Positions 45,040 through 55,200 of a stretch of 64,000 bases of DNA are shown here, piece by piece. The DNA is from an uncultured Rivularia sp. (lineage in GTDB: Bacteria > Cyanobacteriota > Cyanobacteriia > Cyanobacteriales > Nostocaceae). Position numbers and translations under genes: made by a program. The notes beneath the pieces are model-generated. The model was not told where the DNA came from. It saw only the letters and a list, made by a program, of their open reading frames with translations, and did no database searches. The stretch is taken from contig OY762007.1 in NCBI GenBank assembly GCA_963665115.1, positions 64,001-128,000 of the forward strand, in the 5' to 3' direction. The number at the start of each line of letters is the position of its first letter. The stretch's first letter is position 1.

Positions 45040-45480
45040 TCAGTGATTAAGTCTTAAATTTTCAATTAATTCTTGCACCTTTTGTTCTAATTCTTCTAGA
45101 GCTTCTTGGGGAGAAGTTCGATCGATGTCGTGAATTAACCAGTATTCAATATTATCCATCCATTGAAGAAAACGTTCTTGCATCAAAGGGCGATGTTCGG
45201 ATTCATCTACGGCAACAATCAAATCAAACTTTTGGAAATCATCAGCAATTGCAGATTTAGGAAAACGTTCTTCTGGTAGTATGTTAATTCCGCGCTGTTT
45301 GAGAGCTTCAACAGCATACCGAGACATTGCACCAACATTATTAACACCACGCTCGATTGCTAAACCACGAGAATCAGCTTCCCAATCTAAATTTTGTTGA
45401 GTTGCTAAATTATTAAATAATTTTTCAGCAAAACGACTGCGGTAGTAATTACCAGTGCAGAGGAATAAGATTTTTTTCAT
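45040..45480 (-). CDS. low-molecular-weight protein tyrosine phosphatase family
   Basis: ILFLCTGNYYRSRFAE P-loop; start at MKKILF. Confidence 0.9.
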   Translation of the reverse strand: MKKILFLCTGNYYRSRFAEKLFNNLATQQNLDWEADSRGLAIERGVNNVGAMSRYAVEALKQRGINILPEERFPKSAIADDFQKFDLIVAVDESEHRPLMQERFLQWMDNIEYWLIHDIDRTSPQEALEELEQKVQELIENLRLNH

Positions 45481-45698
45481 AGAGGGAGTAGGGAAAGAAG
45501 ACGGTATTAATTTAGGTTGTGAATTTTTCAGCCGATAATCCTTGTATAGTAAATATTCCCGCCTTTTACGCCAAAATTTTGGCATCCGTTTGTATTTAAG
45601 AACCAAAAATATTAATCCCAATTACCAATTACCAATTACCAATTACCAATTACCAATTACCAATTACCAATTACCAATTACCAATTACCAATTACCAA

Positions 45699-46598
45699 TT
45701 ACCAATTCCCTTTTTGCTGATAAATTGCTGCTAAGTTTCTTTGAGCCATTTGCCATTCGTCGGGATATGCTTCGCGGGTGTGAACTTGTAATGCTGCTTG
45801 ATAATGATAAATGGCTTTGTCAAGGTTGTTTGCTTTATCTTCCTTGACTCTGTTGGTATAAGCAGTACCCAAATTATTGTGAATCATTGCCCATTCATAA
45901 GGATATGTTTCGCGGGAATGAACTTTTAATCCAGCTTGATAGCAAGAAATCGCCTTTTCGATGTTTTCGGCTTTTTGCCCGCTAATTCTATCGGTGTAAG
46001 CATTCCCTAAATTATATTGAGTAGCCGCCCATTGTTCGGGATAATTGGACGAATTAAACACATGATTTACCACTTCATAACCTGCGATCGCAATTTCCAA
46101 GTTATTTAAGCGCTGCCCTAAAGGAAATTCCTGAATCAAGCTGCTGAAAATACCAATAGTTGTACCGATATCTTCTGCTTCTTCAGAAGTTGATTGAGAT
46201 ATTGCATCCATAGCCCAGCTTTTTAATACTTCAGCAAAATTATTGTCGAGTAATTCGATATTCTTGTGTAGTAAAGGATATACAGCTTCTGGATTACCTT
46301 CGCTTTCTTCAGTAACTAACAATGCCTGTATTAATAATTCACCTTGATTTTCCGCACTAAAATCTGATAATGATAATCCTAAAGCTTCAGCCAACTGAGT
46401 TGAAATACGTAACAAAAATTCCGCAGCATCTTCCTTACCTTGTTCAGAAAACCCTCGCGCTACCTCGATCGTAGTCTGTACTAACCCTGCATCGATATAT
46501 TCAGGTTCGGTATCTAAAGCTATTTCTTCTTCACTACCAGCATTTGTAAGTAATTGATTGATGATATTGAAATAAATTTGGAGACGCTTTTGATCCAT
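45699..46598 (-). CDS. tetratricopeptide repeat protein
   Basis: PEQWAATQYNLGNAY / PYEWAMIHNNLGTAY repeats. Confidence 0.88.
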   Translation of the reverse strand: MDQKRLQIYFNIINQLLTNAGSEEEIALDTEPEYIDAGLVQTTIEVARGFSEQGKEDAAEFLLRISTQLAEALGLSLSDFSAENQGELLIQALLVTEESEGNPEAVYPLLHKNIELLDNNFAEVLKSWAMDAISQSTSEEAEDIGTTIGIFSSLIQEFPLGQRLNNLEIAIAGYEVVNHVFNSSNYPEQWAATQYNLGNAYTDRISGQKAENIEKAISCYQAGLKVHSRETYPYEWAMIHNNLGTAYTNRVKEDKANNLDKAIYHYQAALQVHTREAYPDEWQMAQRNLAAIYQQKGNW

Positions 46599-46813
46599 TG
46601 GATTTAAAAATATTTTTTCACTGCTATATTAGAAAACTATTCATAAAGGTTTTTCAAGAGTGAATAAATACAATTGGTAGGGAATTGGGGATTGGGGATT
46701 GGGAAACAGAAATCAAATCAAATAAAATATTTGGTTTTGACAGATAACGTTGGGGAGACGTAGCACTGCTACGTCTCTACATTTTTTGCGTTAAAATATT
46801 TTAATTCAAATAT

Positions 46814-48458
46814 CTACACAGCACAATTCAATTCCCCAGCTTTTTTAGTAAACCGCATATTTTCGCGATAATCTACACGACAATCAATTACCGCTGGAAC
46901 ATCTTGCGCTAAAGCTTCTTTGAGCATGGGCACTAAATCGGTAGCAGCTTCAACTCGATAACCTTTTAATCCCATACTTTCAGCAAATTTAACAAAGTCG
47001 GGATTACCAAATTTGATAAAAGATGCATTACCTTCACCAAATTGATTTTCCTGTTTCCACTCAATTAAACCATAACCGCCGTCGTTGAAAATCAAGGTTA
47101 CAAATGGCGTACCCACTCGCAAAGCTGTTTCCAATTCCTGAGAGTTCATCATAAAGCCGCCATCACCGCTGACAGCGACAACCTTACGGTTGGGATGAAC
47201 TAATTTCGCCGCTAAAGCACCGGGAATTGCAATTCCCATCGCTGCAAAACCATTGGAAATAATACAGGTATTTGGACTATGACAGTGATAATGACGGGCA
47301 ATCCACATTTTATGTGCGCCGACATCAGATATTACAATATCTTCAGGGCCCCATCACCTGCCGTAAGTCGTAAATTACTTTCTGCGGTTTCATGGGAAAT
47401 GCGTCATCTTTGGCGTGATATTCGTAATCTACACGAATATTTTCCCTGAGTTTAATCGCATAAGGAGACTCTTTATCATGTCTATTTGCTACCTTCAGAA
47501 TCTCGTTTAAAGAGTCAGTTATATCGCCAACAACTTCCACTTCCGGAATATAGCTACTATCTATTTCTGCTAACTTTGTAGCAATATGAATAATCGGAAT
47601 GTTCCCATCTGGATTCCATTTTTTCGGCGAAAATTCAATTAAATCGTAGCCAATTGCAATTACTAAGTCAGTATTATCAAAACCACAAATACTAAAATCT
47701 CTTTGCTGCAATCCTACAGTCCATAAAGCTAAAGGATGAGTATAAGGAATTATTCCTTTACCCATAAAAGTATTCGCAACCGGAATATTTAAGTCGGTAG
47801 CAAATTGAGTTACCGCATCGCTAGCATTTGCACGAATTGCTCCATTCCCAACTAAAATTATCGGATTTGTAGCTTGAGAAATTGCCGCAGCAGCAGCCCT
47901 AATAGTAGAGAAAGAAGCAAAACTTTTTTCTACATTATCTTTACCTAAAGGCTTACCTTCTACCGGCATTGCAGCGATGTTTTCGGGTAAGTCAATATGT
48001 ACCGCACCTGGTTTTTCTCTTTGCGCTCGTTTAAAAGCTTTGCGGACAATTTCCGGGGTAATACTCGGACGAACAATTTGCTTATTCCACTTAGTGACTG
48101 GTGCAAACATTGCTACCAAATCCAAATATTGATGGGATTCAATATGCATTCTATCGGTTCCCACCTGTCCGGTAATTGCTACCAAAGGCGCACCATCAAG
48201 GTTAGCATCTGCAACCCCAGTCATCAAATTAGTTGCACCGGGGCCAAGTGTAGAAAGACATACCCCAGCCTTCCCCGTCAAACGTCCGTAGACATCCGCC
48301 ATAAAAGCCGCACCTTGTTCGTGACGGGTAGTAATAAATTTAATTGGAGATGTTTTCAAAGCCTCCAAAACGTGTAAATTCTCTTCACCGGGGAGTCCAA
48401 ATACATATTCCACCCCTTCATTTTCCAAGCATTTGACTAGCAATTCTGCTGTATCCAT
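46814..48458 (-). CDS. ogdA: ThDP-dependent 2-oxoglutarate decarboxylase (acetolactate synthase-like; frameshift near 47348)
   Basis: FGLPGEEN, RHEQGAAFMAD, GDGGFMMNSQELET; adjacent to SSADH as in the cyanobacterial TCA bypass. Confidence 0.85.
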
Positions 48459-48579
48459 TATGATTCCCCAAGTTTTAAGTAGTTAGGAGTTAGGAGTTAG
48501 GAGTTATGAGTTAATATTTTATTGAAAGCTACCAACTAATAACTAACAATTAATAACTAACAACTAATAACTAACCAAT

Positions 48580-49947
48580 TTATTTAACCCACACCGTTTT
48601 AACATTGACAAACTCATGTATGCCTTGAATGCTTAATTCTCTTCCATAACCGGAAAGCTTGGTTCCACCGAAGGGCATTCTAGGATCGGATTTGACTAAA
48701 CCGTTGATGAATACAGCCCCTGCCTCGATTTCGGAGATTAAGCGCTGTTGTTCTGCGGTGTCTGTTGTCCAAGCACTGCCACCCAAACCGAAGGGTGTAT
48801 TATTAGCAATTGTTATAGCTTCATCAATATTTTTAACCCGGAATAACATTGCTACAGGGCCAAAAAATTCTTCTTTAGCCGTGGCAGAATCGGGGGCAAT
48901 ATCGGTCAGAATTGTTGGTGGATAATAGTTTCCCTTCATATTTAATAAAGGCTTTCCTCCCATCAATACTTTTGCACCGTTATTGATAGACTTTTGTACT
49001 TGTTCGTCTAATTCTTTAAGAATATCCGCAGTAGCTAATGGTCCGATATCAGTATCTTCCTGCATCGGATCGCCTATCTTCAAGGCTTGAAACTGTTCTA
49101 ACAGCAATTTTTCAAACTCGTCTGCAACAGCTTCGGCCACAATAAACCGTTTTGCTGCTATACAAGATTGCCCGTTATTCAACATACGTGCTGTAGTTCC
49201 AGTCACAGCCGCAGCTTCGATGTCAGCACTTGCTAACACGATAAACGGATCGCTTCCTCCTAATTCCAATACCGTTTTTTTAAGATGCTTACCAGCATTC
49301 TGGGCTAAAGACGCTCCCGCACCTTCACTTCCCGTCAAGGTAGCAGCCTTAACTCGTTCGTCGGCAATAATATTTGCTACCTTGTCCGAACCTATTAATA
49401 AACTTTGAAAAACACCTTGGGGAAAACCCGCTCTTTGAATAATATTTTCAATAGCTAACGCGCACTGAGGTACATTAGAAGCGTGTTTGAGCAAGCCAAC
49501 ATTACCAGCCATCAGCGTCGGAGCCACAAAGCGAAACACCTGCCAGAAAGGAAAATTCCACGGCATCACCGCTAAAATAACCCCTAGAGGCTGGTATTTA
49601 ACAAAACTTTCGCTAGCATCGGTTTCCACTGAGACATCAGCAAGAAACTCAGCAGCCTTATCTGCATAATAACGGCATACCAAAGCGCACTTCCCGACTT
49701 CAGCCATAGCGCTTTTATAAGGCTTACCCATTTCCAAAGTCATTATCTTGGCAAAATCCGCCTTATCCTGCTCCAAAATATCAGCAGCCTTAAGCATCCA
49801 CTCAGAGCGTTGCTCAAAACTCGTCTGGCGGTAATCCCCGAAAGCTTCATGAGCTTTGCTGACTGCATTCTTTACTTCCGCATCGCTCAAAGACTCAAAA
49901 GACTTGAGAGTTTCTCCGGTTGCGGGATTTATCGTGGCGATCGCCAT
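48580..49947 (-). CDS. ssaD: succinate-semialdehyde dehydrogenase
   Basis: MPWNFPFWQ, TLTGSEGAG, ELGGSDP, NNGQSCIAAKR, EEFFGP. Confidence 0.92.
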   Translation of the reverse strand: MAIATINPATGETLKSFESLSDAEVKNAVSKAHEAFGDYRQTSFEQRSEWMLKAADILEQDKADFAKIMTLEMGKPYKSAMAEVGKCALVCRYYADKAAEFLADVSVETDASESFVKYQPLGVILAVMPWNFPFWQVFRFVAPTLMAGNVGLLKHASNVPQCALAIENIIQRAGFPQGVFQSLLIGSDKVANIIADERVKAATLTGSEGAGASLAQNAGKHLKKTVLELGGSDPFIVLASADIEAAAVTGTTARMLNNGQSCIAAKRFIVAEAVADEFEKLLLEQFQALKIGDPMQEDTDIGPLATADILKELDEQVQKSINNGAKVLMGGKPLLNMKGNYYPPTILTDIAPDSATAKEEFFGPVAMLFRVKNIDEAITIANNTPFGLGGSAWTTDTAEQQRLISEIEAGAVFINGLVKSDPRMPFGGTKLSGYGRELSIQGIHEFVNVKTVWVK

Positions 49948-50034
49948 TTTTTCACCCCTCGAATAAATAGTGTGAGGTAACTTCATAGTCTTACATTAAA
50001 TTTTCAAAAGCTACCACTTTTGGGAAGAGAATTG

Positions 50035-50285
50035 GGGGGATGGGGAGATAATAATTACTAACTTTTTTACAAATTCCTGGAATTTCGGGAAGCTATGCTA
50101 AACCCGCTGAAACTGAACCAGAGGTGACGGTTACGACTGTTGCAACTATTGTGGGAATTGTCGGTGGAACTATGGCGTAATACCTTTATGCATCAAGCTG
50201 AGCCGCACCTCGCGGTAAACGCTTATCGCCGAACAAGTCCATAAGTGGTATCTCGAATATAAACAGCACAAGCCTGGTAAAAAAT
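50035..50285 (+). pseudogene. decayed duplicate of the 107-aa gene at 51677-52000 including upstream DNA
   Basis: LQIPGISGSYAKPAETEPEVTVTTVATIVGIVGGTMA-[47-nt insert]-IAEQVHKWYLEYKQHKPGKK; start codon region deleted. Confidence 0.9.
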
Positions 50286-50412
50286 GCGCTTTACTACCTA
50301 AGTAATTTTGACGAATTATAGTGCTATCCTATTTAAGTAAAAAGATGTATCTTATTAATCATTCTTTCTACGTAGTAAAAACTGTAGTATTCTTCTTCTA
50401 GAAATTATACCG

Positions 50413-51195
50413 ATGAAAATCTCACCTAATTTTCGCGCAATGGTTTTAAATGCTACTGCTACGCTCATGGCTTTGGGGTTAAGCATCAGCACTGGAAGCA
50501 CAGTATTGGCACAATCCAAACCCACGATTTCAGTTCCAGAATTCAAAAATGAGTCAGCCTGGTGGTGGTGGCAGAGAAGCACTGCCAGAGATTTGGCAGC
50601 TGCGCTGAGTAATGAATTGAATGCGACAGGAAAGTTTACTGTGGTCGAGCGGCAAAAACTCGGAGCAGTTTTATCTGAACAGGAATTAGCCGAACTCGGG
50701 CTAGTCCGTCAAGGAACCGAAGCGAAGAAAGGACAACTAACAGGGTCTAGGTACATCGTGTTGGGTCAAGTAACATCCTACGAAGAAGGAGTTGCCAAAG
50801 AATCCACCAGAGGTCGAATCGGCGGTATCAAAGTTGGTGGCATTAGGATTGGAGGTGGCGGGGGTAAAAAGTCCCAGGACGCTTATATCGCCATCGATTT
50901 GCGAGTTGTTGATTCCACTACAGGCGAAGTAGTTTATGCGAGAACCGTAGAGGGCCGCGCTACCTCAAAATCTGGAGGTGGTAATGTAGGAGTGAGGTTA
51001 GGTGGTGTGAATTTGGGTGGCGATCGCTCCGAGACAAAGCGTGTCCCTGTAGGAAAAGCGCTGCGTGCAGCTTTAGTTGAAGCAACCGATTACTTGAGTT
51101 GTGTCATGGTTGAAAAAGGATCTTGTATCGCGAAGTTTGACGAGAAAGATCAAAAGCGTCGTGATAGCAACACAGATATACTGAAGCTAGACTAA
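50413..51195 (+). CDS. CsgG/HfaB family exported protein
   Basis: signal peptide, FTVVERQKLGAVLSEQEL, IDLRVVDSTTGEV. Confidence 0.85.
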   Translation: MKISPNFRAMVLNATATLMALGLSISTGSTVLAQSKPTISVPEFKNESAWWWWQRSTARDLAAALSNELNATGKFTVVERQKLGAVLSEQELAELGLVRQGTEAKKGQLTGSRYIVLGQVTSYEEGVAKESTRGRIGGIKVGGIRIGGGGGKKSQDAYIAIDLRVVDSTTGEVVYARTVEGRATSKSGGGNVGVRLGGVNLGGDRSETKRVPVGKALRAALVEATDYLSCVMVEKGSCIAKFDEKDQKRRDSNTDILKLD

Positions 51196-51294
51196 AAATT
51201 TACATTCTCAGGTCGTGCATATACTAAGATTATTGGCTGACTAGAGAATAGAACCAAATAACCTATGTAGAGACGTTGCACTGCAACGTCTCAT

Positions 51295-51439
51295 TAGACA
51301 TCTCCGGAAATAAAAAAAACCTCTCTCCAAACCTCTCTCCTACGAGGAGAGAGGCTTTAAACCCCACTTTCCTGCTCCGGAAAGGGGGGGTAGGGGGGTT
51401 AGGTTTTCAACTCTACTGAATGTTTTCCGGAGATGTCTA
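51295..51439. mobile_element. MITE with perfect 16-bp TIR TAGACATCTCCGGAAA and internal REP hairpins
   Basis: TIRs read directly; sits against a GTAGAGACG..CGTCTC REP. Confidence 0.85.
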
Positions 51440-51453
51440 TTAATTTTGCGAGA

Positions 51454-51578
51454 TAAGCTGACGTGCAGTTAAATTGTATAAGGTAAAGAATTTGAACGAT
51501 TGTAGTGCGGGCATCTTGCCCGCTTCTCATATACATCTTGCCCGCTTCTCTTATACAAATTGAATACGCAACAGCTTA
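51454..51578. mobile_element. MITE-like element (copy 2, with internal 22-nt duplication)
   Basis: matches 43402-43504. Confidence 0.8.
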
Positions 51579-51676
51579 ACAAAATTTCTTCGGGAGATGG
51601 GGAGATGGAAAGAATTTTAACCTTAATTACTTCTAACCTTTTTTACAATGACATAGAAATGATTCGCAGGTAAATT

Positions 51677-52000
51677 ATGGCAGATATCCAAGTAGCAATC
51701 GAGGGTGAGAATGCAGTTTCCGCAACTGAGGAACTTTTGCAAATTTCTGGTATTTCGGGAAGCTATACTACACCCACAGAAACCGAAAGAGAGGGAACAG
51801 CCGCAACCATTGCAACCATCGTGGGAATTGTTGGGGGGACAATGGCGATCGCCGAACAAATTCGTAAGTGGTATATCGAATACAAACAGCACAAGTCTGG
51901 TAAGAAAATAGCCAAGGTGTTGATTGTGGGCAAGAATGGCGAAAGACTGATTTTGGAAGGGGCTACAGCCGAACAGATTCAGCGGATTTTGAGCAGTTAA
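51677..52000 (+). CDS. small protein with Gly-rich hydrophobic helix, EACC1-like putative protease-activated effector
   Basis: 107 aa; ATIATIVGIVGGTMAIAEQIRKW hydrophobic segment, C-terminal VLIVGKNGERLILE hairpin; directly upstream of a CHAT gene; family call from recalled resemblance. Confidence 0.6.
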   Translation: MADIQVAIEGENAVSATEELLQISGISGSYTTPTETEREGTAATIATIVGIVGGTMAIAEQIRKWYIEYKQHKSGKKIAKVLIVGKNGERLILEGATAEQIQRILSS

Positions 52001-52203
52001 TCTATTTTCGTATTGCTAATTGATTTTTTGGATAACCGAAACCCTTGTAGAGACGTAGCAGTGCTACGTCTCAAAATCTAGATTCACACCTGACAGCAAA
52101 ACCTTTCAACACCGCAGGTAATTATTATATCTAAACAAAAACATCCGGAATCAAACTTGTTACCATTGGGGATAATATTTAACATCCCCATTTTCCCGGA
52201 TTT

Positions 52204-55200
52204 ATGCAAATCCTTCATTTTAATCTCAAGCTTTTACAGAATCATTGCGTAGAGTTACGTTATTTCGAGAATAATCCCAATCAGTATCAAAGCCGCTCTC
52301 TTCCTTTAACAGAGATTGCCGATTTAATTAGATTGGCAGAACAAGATTACTATATTCCTTTACCAGAAGACTATAAGAAAACGGGACAAAAATTATTTGA
52401 TTGGTTGGATGGAAATGACAGGTTTCTGCAACAATTGCTCGACAAGCAGCGGGGTGAAGGGATTGTTTTAGCCATCAGCACGTCGGGAAATATCGCGCAT
52501 CTACCTTGGGAATTATTACACAACGGTAAATGCTTCCTGGTAGAAACAAAACCGGGGATAATTCCGGTGCGGTGGGTGTCGTCAGATGCGGTAAAACAAC
52601 TATCAATCAAACCACAGCCAGAAAATCGAGCTTTGCAAATGCTGTTTATGGCGACTTCTCCTTTAAACGTAAAACCCGTATTGGATTTTGAGAAGGAAGA
52701 AGCGAGTATATTAACAGCTACAGCGCGACAACCTTTGACGTTGACGGTGGAAGAAAGCGGCTGTTTGCAAGAATTGGGATATTTAGTAGAAGATTACGGT
52801 AAAGAAGATGGTAAAAGTTATTTTGATGTTTTACATTTAACTGGTCATGCGACAATCAAGGATGAGACACCAGCTTTTATTACAGAATCGGCAACGGGTG
52901 AAGCTATAGAATCCACCGCCGACGATATCGCTTCAGAATTACAGTTTCAGCTACCCAAATTAATTTTCCTTTCCGGTTGTCGCACTGGGCAAGCAGCTAA
53001 CTGTGGTGCGGTGCCTTCGATGGCGGAATCTTTGCTTGATAAAGGTGCTACTTCGGTTTTGGGTTGGGGGCAAAAGGTTTTAGATGCTGATGCAACTGCT
53101 GCTGCTGAGAGTTTATATCAAGCTTTATCTGCGGGAAAGTTATTAAGCGAAAGTTTGGCTTTGACTTATCAAGCTTTGATTGAAAATAAAGCCAGAGATT
53201 GGCATTTACTGCGGCTGTATGTTGCGGATACTTTACCGGGGAATTTGGTGACATCTTTACGCACTACGGGAAGGATACCAGCATCACCTCGTTCGTTTAA
53301 TGCGGAATTTTTAGATGCTGCTGGTAAAGTGAAGGTGCCAACTAGAGAAAGTTTTGTTGGTAGAAGAAGACAGTTACAATGTTGTTTGAGAACTTTAACT
53401 TTACCCCTCCTAACCTCCCCTTATCAAGGAGAGGAAATTAGTGGAAGAATCGGCGTGTTAATTCATGGAATGGGAGGATTGGGTAAAAGTAGTTTAGCTG
53501 CAAGATTATGTGACAGGTTAACTAATTTTCAGCGCGTTGTTTGGGTGGGAGCAATTGACGAAGCAAGTTTAGTAAATCGTTTGACGGAGAAATTAGATAA
53601 TCAAACCTTGCGAGAAACGCTGCAAAATCCAGATGAAGAATTAAAATTTCGGTTGAGAAGAGTTTTTAATTCATTGCAAGAAACCGGGAATAATCCTTTT
53701 TTACTAGTTTTAGACGACTTTGAAGCCAACTTAGAACCCCGCAACGACAGTTATATATTGCTTCCAGTTGCAGCAAAGGTATTATCAGCTTTAGTTTGGG
53801 CAATTAATGAAACTGACAAACTCCAACGAATTATAATTACCTGTCGCTATGACTTTGAATCAAGTTCTTTACAGCACTTCTACAAACAACCTTTAGAAGG
53901 AATGCATGGTGCAGACTTGCGAAAAAAGCTGAATCGTCTCGCTGCTTTTGAGGAAACATCCCAAGTAGACGAGACGTTACAAGCAAAAGCGCAACGGTTA
54001 GCAGATGGTAATCCCCGGTTGTTGGAATGGTTGGATAAATTATTGCAATCTAATGTTGATGTTGCGGCAATTTTAGATAAATTAGCAGATGATTCTGTAG
54101 AATTGCGAGAGCAGGTTTTAGCTGAAAAATTGTTGCAGCAGATGGATGATACCATGCGAGAAATGTTGCAGCTTGGTTTGGTGTTTGAGTTACCAGTACC
54201 CAGGGAAGCTTTAGAAATCGTTTGTGAAAATATTGCGGAAGTGCAACAGTATATAGATAAAGCGATCGCGTTGGGGTTGTTGGAAGTTAGCCCGGATAAG
54301 TCGTTGCGGGTGCCGAGGATTTTACCTTTGAAGAAATTAAATTCTGGCTTACCCACAGATAATGAAATTACAGTCATTGCGACGACAGGAAGCAATCGCG
54401 AAATATTTGAGATAGCTGCACAGGTTTTATATCGGTTGTGGCGGGAAGATAAAGAAACTTATATAGAAGAGCAAGCATTAGAAATTCATCGCTTGGCTTT
54501 GTTGGGGAGAGAAACCGAAATTTCTGGTAATTTAGCATCTAATCTAGCAAATAACTGGTGGCATAAAAATCGTTATAGAGAAACAGTAGAACTTTGTAAA
54601 TCAACCTTAGAAATTATAGAAGATTATCGTCTTCTCAAGCCAATGGCTTATTGTCAGCAACAATTGGGTGAAGTTGAACAAGCATCAAAGAATTATCAGC
54701 AAGCCTTAAAACTTTGTCCGTTGAAAGAGGAAGCAGAGACATCAGCCATTTATCTTTCTTTTGGAATGCTCAAAGCACAACAAGGTGATGTCGAACAAGC
54801 AATCAACCTTTACCAACAATCTTTGGAATTAGAAGAAAGAATTGGTAACGTACAAGGAAAAGCTGCAATTATTCACAATCTTGCCATAATTTACGCACAA
54901 CGTGGTGAAGTCGATGAAGCAATCAACCTTTACCAACAATCTTTGGATTTAGATGAAAGAATTGGTAACGTACAAGGAAAAGCTGCTTCTCTACACCAAC
55001 TTGCAGGAATTTACGCACAACGTGGTGATGTCGATGAAGCAATCAACCTTTACCAACAATCTTTGGAATTATATGAAAGAATTGGTAACGTACAAGGAAA
55101 AGCTGCTTCTCTACACTGTCTTGCCATAATTTACGCACAACGTGGTGATGTCGATGAAGCAATCAACCTTTACCAACAATCTTTGGAATTATATGAAAGA

